A DNA stretch of 60,480 nt from Pseudomonadales bacterium (GCA_035433265.1 DAORUQ010000001.1:8954-69433); one strand, 5' to 3'. Numbered from the stretch's first letter, positions 28,655 through 39,179 are shown. Translations and numbers: made by a program. Notes: generated by a model from the sequence alone, not told the origin.

Positions 28655-29716
28655 ATGTCGAACGTGCTTCTCCTGATCGGCGGATTCGTGGTGCTGGTGC
28701 TGGGCGCCGAGATACTGGTGCGCGGCGCCTCGCGCCTGGCCGCGGCCGCGGGCATGCCCCCGCTGATCATCGGCCTCACCGTCGTCGCCTTCGGCACCAG
28801 CGCCCCGGAGATGGCGGTCAGCGTCGGCTCGGCGCTCGGCGGCTCGCCCGACATCGCGCTGGGCAACGTGGTGGGCAGCAATATCTTCAACGTGCTGCTC
28901 ATCCTCGGGCTCTCGGCGCTGGTCGCGCCACTGGCGGTGTCTGCGCAACTGGTGCGTTTCGATGTGCCGGTGATGATCGCAGCCTCGCTGCTGGTGTGGC
29001 TGATGGCGCTCGACCAGTCGATCAGCCGACTCGAGGGGCTGGTGCTGGCACTGATGATCGCGATCTACATCGACATGCAGATCCGCATGGGGCGCCGGGG
29101 CGACGATGGCGATGTGCCCGCGGTGCCGGAGGCGCGTGGCGCCGGTGCGATGGCGCTCAATGCGGTGCTGATCGTCGCGGGCCTCGTGCTGCTGGTGGCC
29201 GGCTCGCGCTGGCTGCTCGCGGGTGCCACCGGCATCGCACGCGGCTTCGGTGTCTCGGAGTTGCTGATCGGCCTCACGATCGTGGCGGCCGGCACCTCGT
29301 TGCCCGAGTTGGCCACCTCGGTGCTGGCGGCGCTGCGCGGCGAGCGCGACATCGCCGTCGGCAACATCGTGGGCAGCAATATCTTCAATATTTTCGCGGT
29401 GCTGGGCTTCAGCGCCGCGCTATCGCCCGCCGGCATCCACGTGGCCGAGGCGGCACTGGTGTTCGACATCCCGGTGATGACCGCCGTGGCGCTCGCCTGC
29501 CTGCCGGTGTTCTTCCGCCGCCACCTGATCGCGCGCTGGGAAGGCGGCGTGTTCGCGCTTTACTACATCGCCTACACGCTATACCTGGTGCTCGCGGCGA
29601 CCGCGCACCAGCGGCTCGACGATTACCGCGAAGCCATGCTCGGCTTCGTGCTGCCGCTCACGCTGCTCACCCTGGTGATCATCCTGTGGCGCACCTGGGT
29701 GGGACGGAAGGCCTAG
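28655..29716 (+). CDS. calcium/sodium antiporter (CaCA, YrbG-like), copy 2
   Basis: Same alpha-repeat motifs (GTSAPEMAVS, GTSLPELATS). Collinear with copy 1. Confidence 0.85.
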   Translation: MSNVLLLIGGFVVLVLGAEILVRGASRLAAAAGMPPLIIGLTVVAFGTSAPEMAVSVGSALGGSPDIALGNVVGSNIFNVLLILGLSALVAPLAVSAQLVRFDVPVMIAASLLVWLMALDQSISRLEGLVLALMIAIYIDMQIRMGRRGDDGDVPAVPEARGAGAMALNAVLIVAGLVLLVAGSRWLLAGATGIARGFGVSELLIGLTIVAAGTSLPELATSVLAALRGERDIAVGNIVGSNIFNIFAVLGFSAALSPAGIHVAEAALVFDIPVMTAVALACLPVFFRRHLIARWEGGVFALYYIAYTLYLVLAATAHQRLDDYREAMLGFVLPLTLLTLVIILWRTWVGRKA

Positions 29717-29812
29717 GTCGGCATTCCGTGGGGCGGCATTTACGCCGACTTGTGCCTGCCCGGATGCTGCTGTCGCCATGAATGGCGACCTACGGGCATG
29801 AATGGCGACACA
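29717..29812. repeat. REP cluster
   Basis: GTCGGCATTCCGTGGGGCGGCATTTACGCCGAC composite, then GTCGCCATGAATGGCGAC (29772..29789), then partial CATGAATGGCGAC (29797..29809). Confidence 0.75.
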
Positions 29813-29815
29813 CCG

Positions 29816-30580
29816 TCAGCGGCGGAACTGGCGGAAATCGGGGGGGCGCTTCGCGATGAAGGCCTCGATCGCCTCGCGGTTCTCGGGAGTGCCGACGCTG
29901 CGCACCATGCCCGCGTCCTCGGCCGCCAGCGCGGCGTGCAGGCCGGCGCGGTGCACCGCCTTCAGCGTGCGCTTGGTTTCCTGCAATGCGCTGGTGGGCC
30001 ACTGCGCGATCTCGCGCGCTTTCGCCAGCGCATGCGCGAACAGCTCCGCGTCAGGCAGCACCGCGGTGGCGATGCCGGTCTCCAGCGCGCGCGTCGCCGT
30101 GATCCATTCCGCGGTGAACAGCAGCTCCGCCGCGCGGCGCGCGCCGATGTTCGCCTGCAACTGGTAGCTGGAAGCAAATTCCGGCACCAGCCCCAGGCTC
30201 ACGAAGGGCAGGCGCATGCGCAGGCTCTCGCCCACGTACAGCACGTCGCAGTGGAACAGCAGCGTCGCGCCGCCGCCGACCGCGATGCCGTTGGCCGCGG
30301 CGACCAGCGGCTTGTCGAAATCGCACAGCAGCCGCGCACAGCGCGCGAAGGGATGGTCGGCCCCGGCGTCGCTGAACTCGTAGAGGTCGGTGCCCGAGGA
30401 GAAGTTTCCGCCGGCGCCGCTCACCAGCACCACCGCGACGCGCTTGTCGCCCTGCGCCTCGGCGATGGCGTCGGCGAAAGCCGCCCACTGCTCGAAATTG
30501 AACGCGTTCTTGCGCTCGGGCCGGTTCAGCGTGAGCTTCAGCACGCCGTCGTCGAGTTCCTTCAGTATCGTGTCGCTCAT
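29816..30580 (-). CDS. enoyl-CoA hydratase/isomerase family protein
   Basis: Trimmed to MSDTILKELDDGVLKLTLNRPERKNAF. Contains GNFSSGTDL and AANGIAVGGGATLL. Confidence 0.85.
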   Translation of the reverse strand: MSDTILKELDDGVLKLTLNRPERKNAFNFEQWAAFADAIAEAQGDKRVAVVLVSGAGGNFSSGTDLYEFSDAGADHPFARCARLLCDFDKPLVAAANGIAVGGGATLLFHCDVLYVGESLRMRLPFVSLGLVPEFASSYQLQANIGARRAAELLFTAEWITATRALETGIATAVLPDAELFAHALAKAREIAQWPTSALQETKRTLKAVHRAGLHAALAAEDAGMVRSVGTPENREAIEAFIAKRPPDFRQFRR

Positions 30581-30612
30581 GTGTGCTCCCGCGCGGGTGG
30601 CCGTTCCAGGGC

Positions 30613-31314
30613 TCAGCTCACGAAGCGCACGTTGTCGGCCAGCGCCGCGCGGCCGAGCCGGCAATCGTTCGCCGCATTCGCGGTGTCCTCGTAGCCGAAG
30701 GAGATGCCGAACAGCAGCCGGTGCGAGGCGTCCACGCCGCACTCGGCGCGCACCTGGTCGCAGAGGAAGCTGAGCGCCGTCTGCGGGCAGCTCCCGAGCC
30801 CGTGGGCCGCGAGCGCCAGCATCAGCGTCTGCGCGTACATGCCCGCGTCGGCCGCCTCGCGCACACCGGCCCAGTCCGGGATGAACAGGAAGGCAACGTG
30901 CGGCGCGTCGAAGAAAGCGAAGTTGCGCATGAACGCCGCGCCCCGCGCGGCCTTGTCCTCGCGCGCGATGCCCATCGCGCCGTAGAGCTTTTCGGCGGCG
31001 TCGTACTGGCGCTCCTTGTAGACACCCGCGTACTTGCCGGCATAAGGGAAGTCCATCGAGACCTGCCCCGAGGCGAAATCCGCCATGAAGCGCTGGCGCA
31101 GGCGCTCACAGGCCGCTCCGCTCGCCACCGCGGCGAGCCAGGGCTGGGTGTTGCAGTTCGAGGGTGCGCGGTTGGCCAGCGCGAACACATGCTCGATCAG
31201 CGGCTGCGGTACGGGATCGGGACGGAAGGCGCGCACCGAGCGGCGCGCCAGCACGGCGGCATCGAAGCTCAGGGAATCGTCTTTCGCCGTGACTGCTGCT
31301 GCAATGGTCGTCAT
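30613..31314 (-). CDS. nitroreductase family protein
   Basis: Trimmed to MTTIAAAVTAKDD...RRSVRAFRPDPVP...APSNCNTQPW. 233 aa. Confidence 0.8.
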   Translation of the reverse strand: MTTIAAAVTAKDDSLSFDAAVLARRSVRAFRPDPVPQPLIEHVFALANRAPSNCNTQPWLAAVASGAACERLRQRFMADFASGQVSMDFPYAGKYAGVYKERQYDAAEKLYGAMGIAREDKAARGAAFMRNFAFFDAPHVAFLFIPDWAGVREAADAGMYAQTLMLALAAHGLGSCPQTALSFLCDQVRAECGVDASHRLLFGISFGYEDTANAANDCRLGRAALADNVRFVS

Positions 31315-31346
31315 GGATGAAGGGTCCTTGGCTGACGGGATGGCGT

Positions 31347-32165
31347 TCACTTGCCCTTGAACTCGGGCGGGCGCTTTTCCTTGAAGGCCTTCATGCCCTC
31401 GCGCGCGTCCTCGGTGGCGAATACCGGCCAGCCCACCTCGTCGGAGCGCAGCATCGCGTCGGCTTCCGCCAGGCACTCCTCGTGCTCGCGCAGCGACTTC
31501 ATCACCGCCTTCACGGCCACGGGTCCGTTCCTGCCGATCTGGGCGGCGATCGCCAGTGCCTCGTCCAGCGTCTTGCCCTTGGGCACGATGCGGTTGATGA
31601 GGCCCCACTCGAGCGCTTCCTGCGCCGTCACGTGGCGCCCGGTCAGCAGGATCTCGGCGGCGAGGCAGTAGGGAATCTGGCGGCGCAGGCGGATCGTGGA
31701 GCCGGACATCGGGTACAGCCCGCGCGCGACCTCGGTCACGCCGAACACCGCGTCCTCGGCCGCCACGCGGATGTCGGTGCCCTGCAGGATCTCGGTGCCG
31801 CCGGCCAGCGCGTAGCCTTCCACCGCGAGCACGATCGGCTTCAGCGGGCGGTTGTCGCGCAGCAGCGCCTGCCAGTGCAGGTTCGGCACGTCCTTCATCA
31901 GCGCCTGGATCTCGTCGGCCTCCGCGCCGCCGCCCGAGGGGCCGGTCTTCAGGTCCATGCCGGCGCAGAAGGTGTCGCCACGCGCGGTGAGCACGGCGCA
32001 GCGCAGCGAGTCGTCGCTGTCGAGCAGGCGCCAGGCGCGGTACATCCCGACCAGCATCGGCGGGTTGAAGGCGTTCTTCGCCTCCGGGCGGTTCAGGGTC
32101 ACGACCAGCGTGTGTCCGTCCCTCTCCACGAGGCAGGTGCCGGTGCCGATGCTCAGTTGTTCCAT
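31347..32165 (-). CDS. enoyl-CoA hydratase (crotonase family)
   Basis: The track ORF (871 aa, fused by an open upstream frame) is trimmed to MEQLSIGTGTCLVERDGHTLVVTLNRPEAKNAF. Contains DTFCAGMDL and AVEGYALAGGTEIL. Confidence 0.85.
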   Translation of the reverse strand: MEQLSIGTGTCLVERDGHTLVVTLNRPEAKNAFNPPMLVGMYRAWRLLDSDDSLRCAVLTARGDTFCAGMDLKTGPSGGGAEADEIQALMKDVPNLHWQALLRDNRPLKPIVLAVEGYALAGGTEILQGTDIRVAAEDAVFGVTEVARGLYPMSGSTIRLRRQIPYCLAAEILLTGRHVTAQEALEWGLINRIVPKGKTLDEALAIAAQIGRNGPVAVKAVMKSLREHEECLAEADAMLRSDEVGWPVFATEDAREGMKAFKEKRPPEFKGK

Positions 32166-32242
32166 GGCTGTGTTTCCTGTCGTGATAATCGGGGACGATT
32201 GGCGTTGCCCGCGGCCGTGACCGTCGCGGCCATGGGCCGCTC

Positions 32243-33874
32243 CTACGGCGCGCGGTGCGTGCCGGCCAGCGCGATTTCCTTCGCGCGCGCGTAATTGGGC
32301 TTGCCGTTCGGCTGGCGCGGGATCTCGCCGACCACGTGCAGCTCGCGCGGCACCTTGTAGCCGGCGATGTGCTTGCGCGCCTCCTGCTGCAGCTCCTCCA
32401 GCGTGGGCGCCGCGCCGCGCGGCGAGATCACCGCGGTGACCTTCTGCCCCCAGCGCTCGTCGGGCGTGGCGACGACCAGCGCATCGAACACGGCCGGGTG
32501 GTTCTTCAGCGCCTGCTCGACTTCCTCGGGGAAGATCTTCTCGCCGCCGCTGTTGATGCAGTTCGAGCCGCGGCCGAACACCGTGATCGAGCCGTCCATT
32601 TCCAGCCGCGCCGAGTCGCCGGTCAGCAGCCAGCGCTTGTCCTCGACCGTCACGAAGGTCTTGGCGGTCTTCACCGGATCGTTGAAATAGCCGACCGGGA
32701 TGTGGCCGGAGCGCGCGAATATGCCCATCTCGCCAGGCTGCGCGTGGCGCAGTTCCTCCTCGACGATCACGTCCATGTACGGCGTGCGCGTCACGTTGCC
32801 GAGGCCGTTCTCCGCGTCCGCGCGGCGCTGGCCGTTGTCCATGCCCATCTGGCCGCCCTCGGAGGAACCGAAGGAGTTCGTGATCAACACGTTCGGGAAA
32901 TGCTCGCGGAACTTCGCCTGCTTGGACTCGGAGAACACCGCGCCGCCCGAGCCCACGTTGAACACGCAGGAGAGATCCCAGCGCCCGGGGTTCTGCGCCA
33001 GCACATCGAGCAGCGGGATCGCCATCGCGTCGCCGACGATCGAGACGGCATTGATGCGCTCGCGCGCGACGATGTCCCACACCTCCTCGCCGTCGAGATG
33101 GTGGCTCGGGTTCAGCACCAGCTTGCCGCCCGCCAGCAGCTGGATGCAGGCGTACCACCAGCAGGCGCCGTGCATCAGCGGCGCCAGCGCCATGCCGGTG
33201 ACCACGAAGCCATCCTTCGCGCGCACCGCGATGTCCTCGGGCTGCTCGATCGGCCCGGCCGGGTGGAAGTGGCCGCCGCCGCCCATCGCGGCGTAGAACA
33301 CCGCCTTGTGCGGCCACATCACGCCCTTGGGCATGCCGGTGGTGCCGCCGGTGTAGAGCAGGAACAGGTCGTCGTCGGAGCGCTCGGCGAAATCGCGCGC
33401 GGGCGAACCCTGCGCCAGCGCCGCGTCGTAGCCGATGGCGCCGATCGTGGCCGGATCTAAGGCCGTGCCGTCGTCCACCGCGATCAGCGTCTTCAGCTTC
33501 GGCGCGGCGGCGCGCACCGCCGCGAGGTGCGGCACGAACTCGCGGTGGTGGATGCAGCCGGCCATCTCGGCGTTGTTCAGGATGTAGGACAGTTCCTCGT
33601 CGACGTAGCGGAAATTCACGTTGACCGGCACCGCGCGCACCTTGAAGCAGGCGAGCATGCCCTCGAGGTATTCGTTGCAGTTGTACAGGTACAGCCCGAC
33701 CTTGTCGCCGGCGCCGATCCCCTGCGCGGCCAGGTAATGCGCGAGGCGGTTGGCACGCTCCTCGAGCTGCGCGTAGGTCAGGCGCGCATCGCCGCAGACC
33801 AGCGCCTCGCGCTCGGGCACCGTGTCGGCGACAATTTCGAACAGGTCGGCGAGATTGAAATGCCTGGCTGGCAT
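32243..33874 (-). CDS. acyl-CoA synthetase (AMP-binding), FadD19/FadD17-like
   Basis: Trimmed to MPARHFNLADLFE. Contains VPVNVNFRYVDEEL, the AMP motif LLYTGGTTGMPKGVMW, and a C-terminal GEKIFPEEVE ... GKPNY. Confidence 0.85.
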   Translation of the reverse strand: MPARHFNLADLFEIVADTVPEREALVCGDARLTYAQLEERANRLAHYLAAQGIGAGDKVGLYLYNCNEYLEGMLACFKVRAVPVNVNFRYVDEELSYILNNAEMAGCIHHREFVPHLAAVRAAAPKLKTLIAVDDGTALDPATIGAIGYDAALAQGSPARDFAERSDDDLFLLYTGGTTGMPKGVMWPHKAVFYAAMGGGGHFHPAGPIEQPEDIAVRAKDGFVVTGMALAPLMHGACWWYACIQLLAGGKLVLNPSHHLDGEEVWDIVARERINAVSIVGDAMAIPLLDVLAQNPGRWDLSCVFNVGSGGAVFSESKQAKFREHFPNVLITNSFGSSEGGQMGMDNGQRRADAENGLGNVTRTPYMDVIVEEELRHAQPGEMGIFARSGHIPVGYFNDPVKTAKTFVTVEDKRWLLTGDSARLEMDGSITVFGRGSNCINSGGEKIFPEEVEQALKNHPAVFDALVVATPDERWGQKVTAVISPRGAAPTLEELQQEARKHIAGYKVPRELHVVGEIPRQPNGKPNYARAKEIALAGTHRAP

Positions 33875-33983
33875 GAATGCGTGCTCCGGTGGCCGTGGGA
33901 GGACGGCAGAGGATACGCGAGGGCCCGGAGGCGCGACAAATGACAAACCGGCAATCAAGCACGCGGGCGCGGCGCGCAGCGGC

Positions 33984-34379
33984 TCAGGGAACCAGCGCCG
34001 CCTGCATGTTGTGCGCGATGTGTCCGGCCACCCGGCGCGCGCGCTCGGCGTGCGGCCCGCTGTAGCCCTCGTCGAGGGTGGTGCAGAACAGCGCCAGCCA
34101 GCGCTCGAAGTCGGCCGGCTCGAGCTTCTGCTTCGCGTGCAGCGCGCGGTGGATGTTCATGGTGTGGCGCCGGTAGCTGTCGCTGCCCAGGATGAGTTTC
34201 TCCCAGTACGAGCAGATGATCGGCAGGTGCTTCGCGAGGTCTATCGCAGCGACGTCGAGGAAGATCGGGGCGAGCCGCTCGTCGGCGAGCACGCGCGCGT
34301 AGAAGGCCTCGATGAAGGCGCGGATGCGCGCGGGGGAGTCGAGGTCCGGCAGGGGGCTAGCGCTTGCTCTTCCTGACAT
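33984..34379 (-). CDS. group III truncated hemoglobin-like globin
   Basis: 131 aa. IRAFIEAFYARVLADERLAPIF ... HLPIICSYWEKLILG ... HTMNIHRALH pattern. The ATG at 34379 overlaps the der 3' end by 23 nt. Confidence 0.7.
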   Translation of the reverse strand: MSGRASASPLPDLDSPARIRAFIEAFYARVLADERLAPIFLDVAAIDLAKHLPIICSYWEKLILGSDSYRRHTMNIHRALHAKQKLEPADFERWLALFCTTLDEGYSGPHAERARRVAGHIAHNMQAALVP

Positions 34380-35763
34380 GCTGCATCATCCGCTTGCGCT
34401 TGTATTCCTGGCGCGGCGTCAGCGTGTTGCGCTTGCCCGCATACGGGTTCGTTCCGGTCACGAACTCGATGCGCAGCGGCGTGCCCACCAGCTTCAGTTC
34501 GCGACGGTACACGTTCTCCAGGTAGCGGCGGTAGTGCTCGGGAACGTCCGCAGTCTGGTTCCCGTGGACCACGATCACCGGCGGGTTGCTGCCGCCCGGG
34601 TGCGCCATGCGCAGCTTGATGCGCCGCCCGTGCACCAGCGGCGGCGGGTGCGACGCCACGGCATCCTCGAGGATCGCCGTGAGGCGGTTGGTGGGCAGCT
34701 TGCGCCGCGCCGATGCGTAGGCACGATCGACCGCGGCATAAAGCTGGCCCACGTTCGAGCCGTGCAGCGCGGAGATGAAATGCACCTCGGCGAAATCGGC
34801 GAACATCAGCCGCCGATCGAGCTCGCTCTTCAGGGCGGCCTTCCTGTCGGTGCCGAGACCATCCCACTTGTTGCAGACGATGATCAACGAGCGCCCGCTC
34901 TCGATCACGTGCCCGATCAGGTGCACGTCCTGCTCGAACAGACCCTCGCTGGCATCGACCAGCACGAGCGCCACGTTGGCATCGGCGATCGCCTGCAGCG
35001 TCTTCACGATGGAGAACTTCTCCACCGTCTCGTGCACGCTGCGCTTGCGCCTCAGGCCCGCGGTGTCGATCAGCGTGTAGCGCTTCTCGCCGCGCTCGAA
35101 ATCGACGTAGACGCTGTCGCGCGTGGTGCCCGGCTGGTCGAAGACCACGACGCGCTCCTCGCCGAGGATGCGGTTCACCAGCGTGGACTTGCCCACGTTG
35201 GGGCGCCCGACCACCGCCACCCTGACGCGCTCCTCGCCCGCCTCGCCTTCCTGCGCCTGCGGCTCGCCGGCATCCGGGAAGGCGTCGATCAGTGCCTGCT
35301 GCAACTGCTGCACGCCACGCCCGTGCGAGGCGCTCACCATCAACATGGTGGCCGCGCCGAGCTCGTGGAACTCCGCCCCGGAGAGCAGCTCATCGGTGCC
35401 GTCGATCTTGTTGACCACCAGCACGAACGGCTTGCCGCTCTCGCGCAGCAGCGCAACGATGCGCTGGTCGGCCGGCGTCACGCCCGCGCGCGCATCGACC
35501 AGCACCAGCGCGAGGTCGCACTCGGCGACCGCGGCCAGCGACTGGCGCGCCATCTCGGCATCGATGCCGGCCTCCTCGCCGCTGAGCCCCCCGGTGTCGA
35601 TCAGGATGAAGCGGTGCTCACCGGCGCGGAACTCGCCGTACTGGCGATCGCGCGTGAGCCCCGGGATGTTGGCAACCAGCGCATCGCGGCTGCGCGTGAG
35701 ACGGTTGAACAGCGTCGACTTGCCGACGTTGGGCCGTCCTACCAGCGCGATGACGGGCAGCAT
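34357..35763 (-). CDS. der: ribosome biogenesis GTPase Der (EngA)
   Basis: Two GTPase domains (GRPNVGKST twice, DTGG/DTAG, NKID/NKWD) plus a KH-like C-terminus. Confidence 0.95.
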   Translation of the reverse strand: MLPVIALVGRPNVGKSTLFNRLTRSRDALVANIPGLTRDRQYGEFRAGEHRFILIDTGGLSGEEAGIDAEMARQSLAAVAECDLALVLVDARAGVTPADQRIVALLRESGKPFVLVVNKIDGTDELLSGAEFHELGAATMLMVSASHGRGVQQLQQALIDAFPDAGEPQAQEGEAGEERVRVAVVGRPNVGKSTLVNRILGEERVVVFDQPGTTRDSVYVDFERGEKRYTLIDTAGLRRKRSVHETVEKFSIVKTLQAIADANVALVLVDASEGLFEQDVHLIGHVIESGRSLIIVCNKWDGLGTDRKAALKSELDRRLMFADFAEVHFISALHGSNVGQLYAAVDRAYASARRKLPTNRLTAILEDAVASHPPPLVHGRRIKLRMAHPGGSNPPVIVVHGNQTADVPEHYRRYLENVYRRELKLVGTPLRIEFVTGTNPYAGKRNTLTPRQEYKRKRMMQHVRKSKR

Positions 35764-35774
35764 CGTGGCGCCTC

Positions 35775-36983
35775 TCAGCGGCTCTCGACACGGTAGGCCC
35801 GCAGCCCGCCGTCGTTGCCGTACACGTACAGCATGTCATTGCCCGTGACCATGTCGGCGCGCACGCCGTCGCCATCGGCGCGCACGCGTCCGACGAAATG
35901 GCCGTCGGCCTGCGACAGCAGGTGCACGTAGCCGTCGAAATCGGCCACCGCGACATGGCTGCCGATCGCCGCCGGCGTGCCGGGCTGGCGCCGTGCCAGC
36001 TGGTCGTTCTGCCAGCGCAGCGCGCCGCCCGCGGCCTCGTAGGCGCTCACCGTGCCGCTCGCCTCCGCCACGTAGATATTGCCGAAGCCCTCGGCGATGC
36101 CGACGTAGCTCGAGGCATCGCGCGCCCACACCGGGCGCCCGTTGGCGATGTTCAGGCCGCCGAGCTTGCCCTGGTAGGTCACGGCGAACACATTGGCGCC
36201 GACCAGCAGCGGCCGGCCCTCGATGTCGATGGTGCGCTCGATGTCCGATTGCCCCTGCGGATTGGCGATGCGGCCATCCCACAGCACCGTGCCGGTGTCG
36301 GCCTTGATGGCCACGATGCGTCCGCTGGCGAGCGCCGCATACGCGACACCCTCGCTCAGCAGCGGTGCGGCGGTGCCGCGCAGCGTCAGCAGCGGATTGC
36401 TGCTGTCGTGCGTCCAGCGCCGCGCGCCGGTCGCCGCGTCCAGGCCCGTCACCTTGCCGTCGAGCGTCTGCACCACGACCACGTCCCAGTCCGCCGCGGG
36501 TGGAGCCAGCACCTCGCTGCTCACGCTCGCGCGCCACAGCTCGCGCCCCGTCGCGCTCTCCATCGCGATCACGCGCCCGCGGGTGTTGCCCACCAGCACC
36601 AGGTCGCCGCCCACGCCCACGCCGCCGGAGAGCTCGGTATCGACGTCGACCTTCCAGCGCCGCTTGCCGCTCGCCGCATCGAGGGCCACCACCGTGCCGT
36701 TCTGCGCCGCGGCATAGATCGCGTCACCGTAGAGCGCGGGCTGCAGGCGGTTGTACAGTTTCCCCTGGCCGTTGCCGACGCCGGTGCTCCAGACCTTGCG
36801 GATGTCCACCTCGGGGCTGAACTCCACCAGCTCGGCCGGCGCGAGCGCGGCATCCTCTTCGTCGTCGCCGATGCTCTTGACGTAATCCACCATGCCGCAG
36901 GCGCCCAGCATGCCCGCGAGGGATGCCGCGAGCAGTGCCCGCAGCAGCGCCGGGCCGAGCCGTTTCTTCTCGCCGATCATCAT
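35775..36983 (-). CDS. bamB: outer membrane protein assembly factor BamB
   Basis: Trimmed to MMIGEKKRLG...SLAGMLGAC (lipobox). PQQ-like beta-propeller repeats. 4-nt overlap with the yfgM stop. Confidence 0.9.
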   Translation of the reverse strand: MMIGEKKRLGPALLRALLAASLAGMLGACGMVDYVKSIGDDEEDAALAPAELVEFSPEVDIRKVWSTGVGNGQGKLYNRLQPALYGDAIYAAAQNGTVVALDAASGKRRWKVDVDTELSGGVGVGGDLVLVGNTRGRVIAMESATGRELWRASVSSEVLAPPAADWDVVVVQTLDGKVTGLDAATGARRWTHDSSNPLLTLRGTAAPLLSEGVAYAALASGRIVAIKADTGTVLWDGRIANPQGQSDIERTIDIEGRPLLVGANVFAVTYQGKLGGLNIANGRPVWARDASSYVGIAEGFGNIYVAEASGTVSAYEAAGGALRWQNDQLARRQPGTPAAIGSHVAVADFDGYVHLLSQADGHFVGRVRADGDGVRADMVTGNDMLYVYGNDGGLRAYRVESR

Positions 36984-37774
36984 TGCTTGGTCGCTCCCGT
37001 GTCGGGGGTCGTGGCATCCGCCGCTGCCGGATCCGCAGCCGCCGGGGCAGCGCCCGCGGCGGGCTCGCCCAGCTCCAGTTCCTGCAGCTTGAGCTGCAGC
37101 AGGCGCGACGCCGTGGCGCCCTCGCGGCTGCCGGCACGCTCCACCGCCGCGCGATAGGCCGCGATGGCAGCCGCGGTATCGTTGCGCCGGCTCAGGATAT
37201 CGCCGCGCAGCTCCAGCTTCTCGACCGCGAAATCGTCCGTGCCCGCGGCATCGAGCACGGCCAGGGCATCGTCGGAGCGCCCCAGCGCGAGCAGCACGCG
37301 CGCCAGCCGCACGCGCGCCAGCGCGCCGAGCTGCGGATCGGCGTACCGCCCGAGCAGGCCGTCGATGCGTGTGGCCAGCGCGCCGCGCGCCACGTCGGGC
37401 TGGCGCTCCAGCAGGGCGCGCAGCTCGGCCTCGGCCGCGATGAGTTCGTTCTTCCCGACGTGCAGGCGCGCCAGCATCAGCGAGGCGTAGTCGGCGTAGC
37501 GCGAACCGGGACTCAGCTCCTTGAGTTGCGCCGCGAGATGCGCGGCGGTGGTGCCCTGGATCGGGTCGGCGGCCGCCGCATCGACGGCCTGCAGCAGCTG
37601 CTGGTAGGTGACGGCCGCCTGCTCGCTCGCGCCCTGCTGGCGCTGCTGCCACCACTGCCAGCCGAACACCAGCGCCAGCGCCAGCCCGACGCCGATCAGG
37701 GTCGAGGAGCCGTTGCGCGCCCACCACTCCTTGAGTGCCTTGATCTGGTCTTCTTCAGTACCGTAAGGATCCAC
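36980..37774 (-). CDS. yfgM: YfgM-like TPR membrane protein (SecYEG-ancillary)
   Basis: EEDQIKALKEWWARNGSSTLIGVGLALALVFGW, then a TPR-like periplasmic domain. The position between hisS and bamB is conserved. Confidence 0.8.
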   Translation of the reverse strand: MDPYGTEEDQIKALKEWWARNGSSTLIGVGLALALVFGWQWWQQRQQGASEQAAVTYQQLLQAVDAAAADPIQGTTAAHLAAQLKELSPGSRYADYASLMLARLHVGKNELIAAEAELRALLERQPDVARGALATRIDGLLGRYADPQLGALARVRLARVLLALGRSDDALAVLDAAGTDDFAVEKLELRGDILSRRNDTAAAIAAYRAAVERAGSREGATASRLLQLKLQELELGEPAAGAAPAAADPAAADATTPDTGATKQ

Positions 37775-37811
37775 GATCTCTCCCCGTTGCGCTCTCTCTG
37801 TGCGCCACCGC

Positions 37812-39095
<1,284 letters not shown>

Positions 39096-39179
39096 CGCGC
39101 TGGTCTCCGGTTTCAACAGGCGAACCGCCGGCGCCGGGGGCAGGCGGAGCAAAAAAACATGCGCACGGTATAGCCGGAA

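Larger units (their letters stand above)
27426..29716 (+). repeat. tandem duplication (period 1157 bp) of a leader plus antiporter gene
   Basis: The two ORFs are about 80% identical by eye at protein level. They share an identical 59-nt stretch, gtggcggccggcacctcgttgcccgagttggccacctcggtgctggcggcgctgcgcgg, in both copies. The leaders are related: GCTATCGTGCGC / GCTATGGTGCGC. Confidence 0.8.
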
